Notes: generated by a model from the sequence alone, not told the origin. DNA of 64,000 nucleotides from an uncultured Acidobacteriota bacterium (GCA_963744315.1 CAVUTB010000005.1:190794-254793); one strand, 5' to 3'; counted from the first letter of the stretch, positions 32,005-43,242 are shown. Program-made: numbers and translations.

Positions 32005-33149
32005 GTGAGCATGGGCTTTGCGACCGACTGCATCCACGCCGGCCAGCAGCCGGATCCCACGACGGGGGCCGTGAGCGTCCCCATCTACCAGACCTCGACC
32101 TACGTCCAGCAGGGGATCGGCCAGCACAAGGGCTACGAGTACGCGCGGACGCAGAACCTCACGCGGCGCTCGCTCGAGAAGAACCTCGCGGCGCTCGAGG
32201 GCGGCCTCGACGCCTACTGCTACGCCTCGGGGATGGCCGCGACCCACGCCGTGCTGACGCTCGTCAAGGCGGGCGGCCGCGTCGTGGTGTGCGACAACGT
32301 CTACGGCGGCACCCACCGGCTCTTCACCAAGATCCTCTCGGGCTACAACGTCGAGTTCGCGTTCATCGACGCGACCGACGCCGCGGCCTTCGCGGCCGAG
32401 GCCGGCACGCTTCGACATGCTCTGGCTCGAGACGCCCACCAACCCGATGATGAAGATCTGCGACATCCGGGCGCTCGCCGAGGTCGCGCACAAGCAGGGA
32501 GCGATCCTGGTCGTCGACAACACCTTCATGAGCCCGTTCTTCCAGAAGCCGCTCGCGCTCGGGGCGGACATCGTCGTGCACTCGACCACGAAGTTCCTGA
32601 ACGGGCACTCGGACAGCGTGGGCGGTGTCGCGATCGTGAAGAGCGAGAAGCACGCCCAGTGGCTGCAGTACGTGCAGAACGCGATCGGCGCGATCCTGTC
32701 GCCGTTCGACTCCTGGCTCACGCTGCGCGGCACCAAGACGCTCCACATGCGGATGCCGCGCCACGAGGAGAACACCTGCCAGGTGGCGCCCTTCCTGTAC
32801 AACCACAAGAAGGTCGAGCGGGTGCTGTGGCCGGGCTTCCCCGACCACCCCGGCCACCAGGTGCACAAGCACCAGGCGACCGGTTTCGGCGCGCTCGTCT
32901 CGTTCGACCTCGGCAGCCTGGAGGCCGCGAAGAAGGCGCTCTGCGCGCGTGCGGCTGTGCTCGCTCGGCGAGAGCCTCGGCGGGGTGGAGACGCTCATCT
33001 CGCACCCGGCGACGATGACCCACGCGGGCTACACGCAGGAGGAGCGCGAGGGGCTCGGGATCACGAACGGCCTGGTCCGGATCAGCGTGGGCTGCGAGGA
33101 CGCCGAGGACCTCGTGAAGGACCTCGAGCACGCCCTGTCGGTGCTCTAG
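32005..33149 (+). CDS. Cys/Met-metabolism PLP enzyme (cystathionine gamma-synthase/beta-lyase family), two frameshifts
   Basis: PLP-lysine region [15 protein letters not shown]. Conserved blocks [29 protein letters not shown]-terminus in 32949..33149 ([20 protein letters not shown]...). Confidence 0.8.
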
Positions 33150-33250
33150 GGGGTCTGGGGGGCGAAGCCCTCCAGAACAAGAGAAAGCCCTGTTTCGTCC
33201 CCCTGCGAGAGTGGTCATTGGAGAGCAACGGACCTCCAATGTCCTCGCCC
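33150..33250. repeat. REP-like repeat, copy E (M1 plus degenerate tail)
   Basis: GGGGGTCTGGGGGGCGAAGCCCTCCAGAACAAGAGAAAG immediately after the lyase stop, between the convergent lyase and cutA genes. Confidence 0.5.
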
Positions 33251-33576
33251 TAACGACACCCCTCGTCCAGCCACTTCAGATACTGCTCGCTCCCGGCCGT
33301 GATCTCGAAGGCCACGAGCTCGGGCAGCTCGTAGGGATGCAGCTCGCGTAAGGCGTCGCGCAGCGCCTCGATCCGCTCGGCGCGCGTCTTGATCACGAGC
33401 AGGCGCTCCTCGTCGCGCTGCAGCTCGCCCTGCCAGCGGTAGTGCGAGACGACGCCCGGCACCACGTTCACGCAGGCCGCGAGCCGGCGCTCGACGAGCG
33501 CGCGCGCGAGCCGGTCCGCCTCCTCGGCGGATCCCACCGTCGAGAGCGCGACCACGCGGCCGCTCAAGCCTTGCAT
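33250..33576 (-). CDS. cutA: divalent-cation tolerance protein CutA
   Basis: 108 aa. MQGLSGRVVALSTVGSAEEADRLARALVERRLAACVNVVPGVVSHYRWQGE... matches the CutA1 fold. Confidence 0.8.
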   Translation of the reverse strand: MQGLSGRVVALSTVGSAEEADRLARALVERRLAACVNVVPGVVSHYRWQGELQRDEERLLVIKTRAERIEALRDALRELHPYELPELVAFEITAGSEQYLKWLDEGCR

Positions 33577-33965
33577 CGCGCCTCGATCGCCTTCCACTGC
33601 GCCGCCGTCAGCGGCACCACCGAGAGCCGTCCCTGCCGCACGAGCGGGCTGTCCTCGAACTCGGCGAGCGCCTTGATCTCCGCGAGCGTCACGGGCCGGC
33701 CGAGCCTTCCGCGCGCCTCGATGTCCACCACCATCAGCTTGCCCTCGGGGTACTTCGGGTCGGGGTAGGCCGGCTTCACCACCTCGGCGACGCCGACGAC
33801 GGCCTTCTCGTCGCCCGTGTGGTAGACGAAGACGCGGTCGCCCGCCTTCATCGCCGCGAGGTTCCGGATCGCCGCCGGGTTGCGCACGCCGTCCCAGCGC
33901 GCGCGGCCCGCCTTCTCGAGCTCCGCCCACGAATAGTCGCCGGGCTCCGTCTTCAGCAGCCACAT
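33564..33965 (-). CDS. EVE (PUA-like) domain protein
   Basis: MWLLKTEPGDYSWAELEKAGRARWDGVRNPAAIRNLAAMKAGDRVFVYHTG is the EVE signature. 13-nt overlap with cutA. Confidence 0.7.
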   Translation of the reverse strand: MWLLKTEPGDYSWAELEKAGRARWDGVRNPAAIRNLAAMKAGDRVFVYHTGDEKAVVGVAEVVKPAYPDPKYPEGKLMVVDIEARGRLGRPVTLAEIKALAEFEDSPLVRQGRLSVVPLTAAQWKAIEARCKA

Positions 33966-34105
33966 CGGATCGCCTCCGCGCTCTGCCTGGCATCTTACCG
34001 CGCGCGCGAAATCGCGCGAGCGCACGCAGAAAACGCTTGACGCCGCGGCGAGCCGCGCGTAATCTTGCAGTGCTTTTTCAATATTGCACTGTAGGAAATG
34101 TAGGA

Positions 34106-34514
34106 ATGACGCTCACTCCCGACGAAATTCGGCAGCGCGTGAGGACGAGCCTCCAGGAGCAGCGCGAGCTGGTCACGGACCTGCTGCGCCGCCGCGAGCA
34201 GCTCGCCGGCTCGCTGTTCGTCCGCTTCGGCGTCTGCGGCAAGGAGGGCTGCGTCTGCCGCACGGGGCAGAAGCACGGCCCGTACTACGTGCTCTCCACG
34301 CGCAGCGGCGGCAAGGGCGGCTTCGCCTACCTCGAGGCCGGCGCGGCTCTCCCAGGCGCGCGAGCTCGTCAAGGCCTACCGCGAGTACCGCGCCGGCATG
34401 CGCCGGCTGCGGCGGGTCAACGACCAGCTCGTCGCCCTGCTGCGCCGCTACCAGGAGGCGACCACGAAGCGCGGCAGCCGCCGCGTCGGCGTGAACCTCC
34501 CGGTCGGAGCCTGA
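34106..34514 (+). CDS. hypothetical Cys-containing protein (one frameshift near 34345)
   Basis: MTLTPDEIRQRVRTSLQEQRELVTDLLRRREQLAGSLFVRFGVCGKEGCVCRTGQKHGPYYVLS..., then LSQARELVKAYREYRAGMRRL... in the next frame. High GC3. Function unknown. Confidence 0.45.
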
Positions 34515-34517
34515 AAA

Positions 34518-34901
34518 ATGAGCTATAGTCGCGGTTTAGCGCTTGTAGTTAAAGCCAAGACTCAGGTGACGATGCGCGAGGAGACTCCGAGGAGCGAGCC
34601 GCGGACGAGGATGCGGGCGTGGGTGCTCGGCACCGTCATCGCCCTCATCGCTCTCGCGGTGGGCTCCGTCTTCGGGGACCGCGGCATCCTCAGCATGGTC
34701 GGCGAGCGCGAGAAGATCGAGGCGCTGCGCGGCGAGCTCGACGCCCTGCGCGCCGAGAACGCCCGGCTCTCGGCCGAGATCACCGACCTCAGGCAGAACC
34801 CGCGCGCGATCGAGCGCCTGGCGCGCGAGGAGCTCGGCCTCGCGCGACCCGACGAAACCGTCTTCCTGATCCGCGACGCTGCACCCGACGATCGCCCCTG
34901 A
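34518..34901 (+). CDS. ftsB: septum formation initiator FtsB/DivIC (start may be 34572 or 34611)
   Basis: TM helix WVLGTVIALIALAVGSVF followed by a coiled-coil (EKIEALRGELDALRAENARLSAEITDLRQNPRAIERLAREELGL). Confidence 0.7.
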   Translation: MSYSRGLALVVKAKTQVTMREETPRSEPRTRMRAWVLGTVIALIALAVGSVFGDRGILSMVGEREKIEALRGELDALRAENARLSAEITDLRQNPRAIERLAREELGLARPDETVFLIRDAAPDDRP

Positions 34902-34951
34902 CGGGGCGTTGCGAAAACCCTTGAGGGGAGCGCCTGGAATGCGCTTCGCCC

Positions 34952-34981
34952 TTGACAGCAGTGCGAAAAACGCGATTAGAT
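34952..34981 (+). promoter_or_regulatory. candidate sigma70-type promoter for the HU gene
   Basis: TTGACA, 18-nt spacer, TTAGAT. About 80 nt upstream of the ATG; the RBS there is strong (AGGAGGA). Confidence 0.25.
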
Positions 34982-35057
34982 GGGGCCGCGTTTCGGATCC
35001 CCAACAATTGAACGCAAGTCGTACGAGCCAAGCTCGACCCTAGGAGGATTGAACTCG

Positions 35058-35336
35058 ATGGCAAAGGCCATGACCAAGTCGAAGATCATTGCGGCGGTTG
35101 CAGAGAAGGCGGGCATCTCGAAGAAGCAGACCGCTCTCGTTCTCGAGACCCTGGCGCAGATGGCGTACAAGGAAGCCAAGAACGGCTTCACGTTCCCGGG
35201 TGTCGGGAAGCTCGTCGTGCGCAGCTACAAGGCCCGCATGGGCCGCAACCCGCAGACCGGCGAGGCCATCAAGATCCCGGCGCGCAAGCGGCTCAAGTTC
35301 GTCGTTGCGAAGGCCGCCAAGGACGGCGTCCTCTAG
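35058..35336 (+). CDS. hup: HU family DNA-binding protein
   Basis: 92 aa. MAKAMTKSKIIAAVAEKAGISKKQ...GRNPQTGEAIKIPARK is the canonical HU signature. Confidence 0.9.
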   Translation: MAKAMTKSKIIAAVAEKAGISKKQTALVLETLAQMAYKEAKNGFTFPGVGKLVVRSYKARMGRNPQTGEAIKIPARKRLKFVVAKAAKDGVL

Positions 35337-35369
35337 GCGCCGCGCGCGCGAGCGCGATCGAACCGAAGT

Positions 35370-35405
35370 GAAGGGCGCGGGCTCGTCCCGCGCCCTTCGT
35401 CTTTC
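35370..35405 (+). terminator. intrinsic terminator after the HU gene
   Basis: AAGGGCGCGGG-CTCGT-CCCGCGCCCTT hairpin with an 11-bp stem, followed by CGTCTTTCC. Confidence 0.5.
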
Positions 35406-35433
35406 CAGAGGCCCGCGCTCGCGGATAGAGTGA

Positions 35434-38294
35434 GTGCCGATGTCCGTCACTCCCGGGGCGGCGGCGCCCCTCCCCGACGACGTCGTCGTCCGGGTTCTCG
35501 ACGTGGTGCGCCAGCTGGCCCGCGAGACCGGCGGCGCCCGCGCGGAGCGCGCCGTCGCGGCCTCGGCCTCGCTCGAGCGCGAGGTCGGCCTCGGCAGCCT
35601 CGAGCGGGTCGAGCTCGTCGCGCGCCTCGAGCGCGCGTTCGGCCGGGCGCTCGACGACGGCTGCCTCGCGGTCGACACGCCGGCGGGGCTGGCGCGGGCG
35701 ATCCTCGAGGCCGCGGCGAGCGAGCCGCTCCAGCTGCCGGCGCGCGCAACGAGCCCGGCCGGCGCGGCCCGCGCGATCGGCGACGAGGTCCTGACGCTCG
35801 GCGCGTCGCTCTTCCGGCGCGCGGAGCTCGAGCCCGAGCGCGTCCACGTGTACCTGCGCGGCGACGCGGCCGCAGCCGAGGAGGCGATCACCTACGGCCG
35901 CCTGCGCGACGAGGCCGCGGCCGTCGCGGCCGGGCTGCGCGAACGCGGCGTCGGACCGGGCGACACCGTCGCGCTGATGCTGCCGACCGGGCTCGACTTC
36001 CTGCGCTCGTTCTTCGCGATCCTGCTGGTGCGCGCGGTGCCGGTGCCGATCTATCCGCCGCTGCGGCTCGACCGGCTCGAGGAGTACGCGGCGCGCCAGT
36101 CCGCGATCCTGGCCGACGCCGGCGTCGCGCTGCTCGTCACGATCGCGCGCGCGCGGCCGGTGGCCGCCCTGCTCCGGCCCGCGGTGAAGACGCTGCGCGG
36201 ACGTCGTGACGCCCGACGAGCTCGCGCGTCCAGGGACGCCCTTCGGCCTCCCGGACGCGGAGGCGGCGGATCCCGCCTTCATCCAGTACACGTCCGGCAG
36301 CACCGGCCAGCCGAAGGGCGTGCTGCTCACCCACGCCAACCTGCTCGCCAACATCCGCGCGATCGCGGCCGGGCTCGAGCTGCGCCCGACGGACGTCGGC
36401 GTGAGCTGGCTGCCGCTCTACCACGACATGGGCCTGATCGGCTCCTGGCTGATGTGCCTGCACAACGGGGTGCCGCTCACGCTGATGCCGCCGACGGCGT
36501 TCCTGGCGCGGCCCGAGCGCTGGCTGTGGGCGATCCACGAGCGGCGCGCCACGCTGTCGGTCGGCCCGAACTTCGCCTACGAGCTCTGCGCGCGCCGCAT
36601 CACGGACGACGCGCTCGAAGGCCTCGACCTGTCGTCGTGGCGCGTCGCGCTGAACGGGGCCGAGCCGGTGAGCCCCGCCACGCTCGAGCGCTTCGCCCGC
36701 CGCTTCGCGCCGCTTCGGCTTCGCGCGCGAGGCGATGACGCCGGTCTACGGCCTCGCGGAGTGCTCCGTCGGCGCTCGCGTTTCCGCCGCTCGGCCGCGG
36801 GCCGCGGATCGACCGCGTGAGCCGCGCCGCCTTCCAGCGCGACGGACGCGCCGACGCGGCCGGCACCGAGGACGCGCGGGCGCTCGAGTTCGTCTCGGCG
36901 GGACGAGCGCTGCCGGACCACGAGATCCGCGTCGTGGACGACGAGGCGCGAGACGTCGACGACCGCGCCGTGGGCCGTCTCGTCTTCCGCGGCCCCTCGA
37001 TGACGCCCGGCTACTACCGCAAGCCGGAGGCGACCGCCGCCATCACGCTGCCCGGCGGGTGGCTCGACAGCGGCGACCTCGCGTACCGCGCGGACGGCGA
37101 GATCTACGTCTGCGGACGCCGCAAGGACCTGATCATCAAGGCCGGGCGCAACCTGGTGCCGCAGGAGATCGAGGAGGCGGCGGCCTCGGTCGAGGGCATG
37201 CGCCGCGGCTGCGTCGTGGCCTTCGGCGTGCCGAACGAGGCGCTCGGCACGGAGACGCTGGTGGTGGTCGCGGAGACGCGCGCCAGGGACGCCGTCGAGC
37301 GCGCGCGGCTCGCGGACGCCGTCACCGAGCGCGTGGCCGCGGCGGTCGAGGTGCCGCCCGACCGCGTCGTGCTGGTGGCTCCCGGCGCGGTGCTCAAGAC
37401 CTCGAGCGGCAAGGTGCGGCGCTCCGCCACTCGCGAGCAGTTCCTCGCCGGGGCGCTCGGCGGGACGCAGCGCACGACCTCGCGCAGAAGCTGCGGCTCG
37501 CGCGTGCGGCGGCCGCGGAATGGGCGCGGCCGCTCGCGCGCCGGGTCGGGCGCGGGCTCTACGCGGCCTGGTTCGCCTTGCTGCTGCCGGCGCTCCTGCT
37601 TCCGGCTGGGCGCTCGCCGTGGCTCGTGCCGAGCCGGCGCTTCGCCTTCGCGCTCGCGCGCCTGACGGCGCCGCGGCCTGCTCCGCCTCACGGGCTGCCG
37701 CCTCGAGGCGACCGGGCTCGAGCGGCTGCCGCGGCGCGGCCCGCTCGTGCTGGCCTGCAATCACGCCTCGTACGTGGACGTCGCCGCGCTGCTGGCGCTG
37801 CTGCCGATCGACGTTCTGTTCGTCGCCAAGCGCGAGATCCTGTCCTATCCGGTGATCGGCACGTTCGTGCGGCGCTGCGGCCACCTCACCGTCGACCGCT
37901 GGGACGTGCTCCAGAGCGTCGCCGACGCCGACCAGGTCGGCCCGCGCGCTCGCCGCCGGCGACAGCATCCTGTTCTTTCCCGGAGGGCACGTTCGTGGCG
38001 GCGACCGGGCTCGGCCGTTCCGGCTCGGCGCCTTCAAGACCGCGGCGCGCGCCGGCGCGCCGATCGTGCCGCATGGCCCTGCGGGGGACGCGCCGCGTCC
38101 TGCGCGGCGATCCGCGGCTGCCGCGGCCGGGCGCGATCTAGCTCTGGGTCGGCGAGCCGATCGAGCCGCACGGCACGGAGCTAACGCGCTCGTCGCGCTT
38201 CGCGCGACCGGGTCGCCGACGCGATCGCCGCCGAGTGCGGCGAGCCGCGGCTCGATCTGGTGGCGGCCGGGCCCGCCCGGCCGGCCGGAGCCTA
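35434..38294 (+). CDS. tri-domain ACP(PP-binding), fatty-acyl-AMP ligase, lysophospholipid acyltransferase (PlsC-like) protein, at least five frameshifts
   Basis: PP-binding motif (GLGSLERVEL). AMP-binding motifs YTSGSTGQPKG, PLYHDMG, GYYRKPEATAA, GWLDSGDL, VLKTSSGKVRR. LPLAT motifs NHASYVDV and FPEGT. Stitched across 35434/36206/36817/37747 and neighbouring frames. Confidence 0.75.
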
Positions 38295-38298
38295 GGCG

Positions 38299-39285
38299 GA
38301 TGAGCCTGCGCGTCACCCTCGACGACGTGCGTGCGGGCCGGCGAGCGTCGTCTCGCGGCACCTCGCGCGCCGACGCCGCTGCGCCGAGCCTGGCCGCGCC
38401 GGGCCGCGAGCTCCTGCTCAAGCTCGAGTGCTGGCAGCCGACGGGCTCCTTCAAGGTGCGCGGGGCGCTCAACCTGCTGGCGTCGCTGTCCGCCGGCCGA
38501 GCGGGCGCGCGGCGTCGTCGCCGCCTCGGCGGGCAACCACGCGCTCGGCGTCGCGTTCGCGGCGCGGCGCGTCGGGGACGTGCGAGCCACGCTGTTCGTC
38601 CCGGTGACGGCGCCGCGCGCCAAGGTCGACAAGCTGCGCCGCTTTCCGGTCGACGGTGCGCGAGACGGGGGCCGACCTACGACGACGCGGTGCTCGCGGC
38701 GCGTGGCGTTCGGGCGAGGACGGGCGCCGTCTTCGTCCACGCCTTCGAGGACGTGCGCACGGCCTCGGGCCAGGGCACGCTCGCGCTCGAGATCTTGGCC
38801 GAGTGCCCGGCGCTGGCCGCCATCCTCGTCCCGGTGGGCGGCGGCGGTCTCATGGCGGGCATCGCGACGGCGTGAAGGCGCGCTCGCCGCGCGTGCGCAT
38901 CGTCGCGGTCCAGCCCGAGGCGTCGCCGGCGCTCGCGCGAGTCGCTGCGCCGCGGGCCGCGCGCTGCTCACCTATCCCGCCGGGCCCACGCTGGCCGACG
39001 GCCTCGCGGGCGGCATCGGCGAGATCGCGTATCGCCACCGGGACCTGATCGACGACGTGGTCACGGTCCCCGAGGCGGAGATCGAGGCCGCGATCGTCGC
39101 CCTGCTCGCGCACGACCAGGTGGTGGCCGAGGCCTCGGGCGCCGTCGGCGTGGCCGCGCGTGCGCGCCGGCCGGGTCGCGATCGAAGCGACGGCCGACCG
39201 GTCGCCGTCGTGATACCGGAGGCAACATCGACGCGCGCGTGCTGGCCCGGCTGCTCGCCCGCCACGCAGACGCTTCCCCGGCGTG
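38299..39285 (+). CDS. threonine/serine dehydratase family PLP enzyme (about four frameshifts)
   Basis: LKLECWQPTGSFKVRGALNLL (PLP lysine); GVVAASAGNHALGVA; ILVPVGGGGLMAGIATA; VVIPSGGNID-like tail. ATG immediately after the preceding stop. Confidence 0.75.
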
Positions 39286-40223
39286 AGGGTCGACCGGCCC
39301 GGCGGACCGCTGGTTCGCGCTGGCGGGGGCGGTCACGCGCTCCCGCGCTCGGCGGCGGCCTCGGTGCGCTCGCCGCGGGCGGGCCCGGGGCTCTGGGCGG
39401 GCTCGCGGTCGGCGTCGGCCTCGGCCTCGCGGTCCGGCACTCGCTGCTGCGGCGCTCGCGCCGGCGGCAGGCCCTGCTGGCCGAGCCCTTCCCCGCGCGC
39501 TGGCGCCAGTTCCTGCTCGAGAGCTACGACCACTACGAGCGCATGCGACGCCGCCTGGCGCCTTCGCTTCGAGGACGACGTGCGGATCTTCGCGGCCGAG
39601 AAGCGCATCACGGGGATCGAGGTCGAGGTCACGGACGAGCTCCGGCTGCTGGTGGCCGCCTCCGCGGTGACGCTGAGCCTCGGCTGGCCGGAGTACGAGT
39701 GGGACCAGCTCACGGAGGTGCTGCTCTACCCCGACGACTTCGACCGCGACTACGCGCTTCGGCGGCGACGAGCTCAGCGGCCAGACGCATCCGTGGGGGA
39801 CCGTGATCCTGTCGGTGCCTTCGCTCAGGAGAGCTTCGAGATCCCGGACGACGCCTATCACGTCGGCATCCACGAGTTCGCGCATCTGCTCGACCTCGAC
39901 CAGTCGCACTTCGACGGCATCCCGGCGGGACTCCGCGGCGCCTCGGCCGCGAGTGGACGCTCGTCGCCGAGCGCGAGATGGAGCGGCTGCGGAACGAGGG
40001 CGAGCCCAGGAAGCGCCGGCGCCGGCGGCTGCCCGACGGCCACTCCGCCTTCGACCCGTACGGCGAGGAGGATCCGGTGGAGTTCCTGGCGGTGGCGGTC
40101 GAGGCCTTCTTCGAGATCCCGCAGCGCGTGAGGCGGCAGCACGCAGACGTGTACCGGCTGCTGTCTTCGTACTTCGGACAGGATCCGGCCGCGTGGGACG
40201 ACGCCCGCGGAGTGCGGGAGTAA
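39283..40223 (+). CDS. MtfA-like zinc peptidase (M90 family), about three frameshifts
   Basis: HEFAHLLD zinc motif. Conserved blocks FLLESYDHYERM, ITGIEVEVTDELRLLVAASAV, DPYGEEDPVEFLAVAVEAFFE. Confidence 0.6.
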
Positions 40224-40435
40224 CGGCGGAGCTTTCGGCGGCGGAGGTCGTTACTTTTCGTTACTCGTTCCGGAACGAGTAACCGAAGGTAACGGCACTT
40301 GCCGAGGTCGCCACGGGTAGCGGCGACCGGAGGGCTCCCGGGACGCGTCAATTGTCGGAATGCGGACGCGTCACGGGATCCCGGCGCCGCGGAGACGTCG
40401 ACCTCGGCCTGATACGCCAGCGAATCGACCTCGGC

Positions 40436-42034
40436 CTATGGCTTGACCAGCGCCCCCGCGAGGAACTTCGCCACGTCCTGCTTCAGCCGGGCGAGCTCGC
40501 CTTCGTGGATGTACATCATGTGGCCCGCCTCGTACTGGCCGGTGCTGATCCGCGCGCGCTGCTCCGCGGTGAGGCCCATGTGCGACAGCGTGTACTGCGT
40601 CGCGAAGTACGGCGTCGCGAGGTCGTAGTAGCCGCTCGCCACGAACAGCCGCATGTCGGGGTTCTTGGCGAAGGCGTCGCCGAGCGCCTGCGAGGTGTCG
40701 GCGAACCCGCCCGCGCCGAAGTCCCACGGCGCGCCGATCCCGCCGCCGAGGATGTGGTACACGCGTGTCGGTCTTGTAGCCGAGCGAGCGGCGCACGTAG
40801 TCGTTGAAGGTCGCGGTGTAGGGCGGACGGATCGCCGTCATCGAGGGGTCGAACTCGGGCCGTTCGGCGACGCCGCTCGAGTCGCTGCCGCGGAAGCGCG
40901 AGTCGAGCCGGCCGACGGTGCGCCCCTCGCGGCGCAGCAGCTCCTTGCAGAAGCGCTGGATCTCGATGCGCAGGTCGGACTCGTCGACGTAGGTCTCCGA
41001 GAGGCCCGTGTAGCGCGAGACGCGCTTCACCATCTCCTGGCGCTCGGGCGCGCTCATGCGGTCGCCCTTCTGCAGCGCGTTCGGATAGTCGGCGGCGGCG
41101 AACGCCTCCACCTCGCGCAGGAAATCGCCGAGCGGCTTCGACTGCAGGTCCGGGGGCAGCTTCTTGTGGTACCACGCGGTGGCCGCGTACGTGGGCAGGA
41201 ACAGCGGGTAGGGCAGGTCGTTGCCGGTCGTGAAGCGGGCCGTCTGGAAGTTGAGGATCGACGACACCAGCAGGATGCCGTTGAAGGCGATGCCCTTCTC
41301 GACCAGGTAGCCCGAGAGGCCCGCCGCGCGCGTGGTGCCGTAGCTCTCGCCGACCAGGAAGAGCGGCGACGCCCAGCGCTCGTAGCGCGTCAGGTAGAGC
41401 CGGATGAACTCCCCCACCGACTCGATGTCGCCCTGGACGCCCCAGTACTTCTTGCCGAGCTCGGGCTTCGCGGGCCGGCTGTAGCCGGTGCCCACCGGGT
41501 CGATGAAGACGAGGTCGCTGTCGTCGAGCCAGGTCTGCTCGTTGTCGACCAGCTGGTAGGGCGGCGACGGCATCTGGCCGTCGGCGCGCATCTTCACGCG
41601 CTTCGGCCCGAGCGCGCCGAGGTGCAGCCAGACCGACGACGACCCCGGCCCGCCGTTGAACGAGAACATGAGCGGGCGCGCCTCGGGGCCCGAGCCGCGC
41701 TCGAGCGTGTAGGCCATGAAGAAGACGCGCGCCTCGGCGTCGCCGGTGTCGCTCTTGAGCGGCATGAAGCCCGTGGTGACGCTGTAGCGCAGCACGCGCC
41801 CGCCGACGCGCAGCTCGTGCTTGGTGACGACCGGCGCCTCTTCCTTGTCCTTCTCCGAAGGCTTCCGCCGGCTTGTCCGCCGGCCTTCTCGGCCGGCTTC
41901 TCCGCGGGCTTCTCGGCCGGCTTCTCGGCCGACCGCTCGGCGCGCTGCGGCGCGCGCGGCGCGCTCTCCTCGGCGGTCGGCCTCGGCTCCTGTGGGGCGA
42001 GCAGCAGCAGCGTCAAGGTGAAGGGCGCGATCAT
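40436..42034 (-). CDS. S10 family serine carboxypeptidase, secreted (about two frameshifts)
   Basis: Signal peptide MIAPFTLTLLLLAP. AEKPAEKPAEKPAEK pentapeptide tandem repeat. Catalytic GESYG (LFLVGESYGTTRAAG). C-terminal His region in 40436..40762. Confidence 0.75.
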
Positions 42035-42089
42035 CAGTCGACCTCCGATGGATGGTGACGGAGCGGGAGTCTACACTAGCCACTCGCGC

Positions 42090-42990
42090 ATGCGCCTCGA
42101 CCTGCTGCTGATCCGCCGCCATCCCGAGATGTCGCGCCGCAAGGCGCAGGACGTGATCGAGAAGGGCCAGGTGAGCGTCTCCGGCGAGCGCGTCCGCGAG
42201 CCCGGCCGCGACGTGCCGGAGACGGCGGCCGTCACGTTCGACCCGAACCGGAAGGCGCTGCCGAAGGCGCGCTCGACGCTCCCCGTCCTCCACGAGGACG
42301 AGCACGTGATCGTCGTGGACAAGCCGGCGGGGCTGCTGAGCGTCCCCTCGGCGCCCGGGCTCCACGAGGACACCGTGCTCGCGCGCGTGCAGGACTACGC
42401 GCGCCGCCTCAAGCCGCACGCCGGCTATGCCGAGCGCGTGCACCGGCTCGATCGCGACACCACGGGCGCCCTCGCCTTTGCGCTCTCGCGCGACGCCCGC
42501 GCGGGGCTGATCGAGGCCTTCCGCGCCCATCGCATCGAGCGGCGCTACCTGGCGATCGTCGAGGGCCTGCCCGAGGGCGAGCGCGGAACGATCGACGCGC
42601 CCGTTCGCGAGGCGTGGGTCTCCGGCCGTCGCGGCGTCGCGGGCCCCGGAGAGGCCGCGCGCCCCGCGCGCACGCGCTGGGTGCTGCGCGAGCGGCTCCC
42701 CGGCGCTGCGCTCCTCGAGGTCGAGCTCGAGACCGGCCGTCAGCACCAGGTGCGCGCGCACCTCGCCCACGCGGGCCTGCCGATCCTCGGCGATCCCGTG
42801 TACGGGCGTCCCGCGCACGGCCGCCCGCTCGCGCGGCGGCCGATGCTCCACGCCGCCGAGCTCGCCTTCGCGCACCCGATCACGGGCGCGCGCGTACACG
42901 TCAGGAGCCCGTTGCCCTCCGACTTCGAGAGCGTGCTCGCCGCGCTCCGCAAGGGCCGCCTCGCGCCAGCGACCGAAAGCCCCCCAGAGG
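42090..42990 (+). CDS. RluA-family pseudouridine synthase (RluD/RluC-like); 3' end approximate
   Basis: S4-like N-terminus, catalytic HRLDRDTTGALAFAL. The frame reads on through repeat copy F to 43211, which is probably an artefactual extension. Confidence 0.75.
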
Positions 42991-43185
42991 GGAGCTCCAG
43001 GGGGCAGCTCGACGGGGGCAGCTCAGACAGACAGGGGGAGCTCGAGGGGGCGAAGCCCCCTCGTCTCAAAGAAGGAAGAAGCGAGCCTAGCCGTTCTGTC
43101 CCTCTCGAAGATGGCTCTTGGAGAGTCGACGAGCAGGACGGCTGGAGAATCGACGAGCCGGCCTGTGGAGAGTCGACGCGGGGGG
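42975..43185. repeat. REP-like repeat, copy F (M1-like hairpin plus a 3 x 23-bp tandem array)
   Basis: GGGGAGCTC/GGGGGCAGCTC iterations, then GAGGGGGCGAAGCCCCCTCGTCTCAAAGAAGGAAGAAG. At 43115..43183 there are three 23-bp units, each containing TGGAGA(G/A)TCGACG. Confidence 0.5.
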
Positions 43186-43242
43186 CGACACACGTCACCC
43201 GTCGAAGGTGACGACGCGTCTTGTGGTGGAGTCTCTTGCGAC

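Noticed and set aside
41860-41930. Tandem 15-nt repeat GCCGAGAAGCCGGCC x4
   Set aside because: It is in-frame coding sequence for an AEKPAEKPAEKPAEK linker at the N-terminus of the S10 peptidase, not a separate genomic element.
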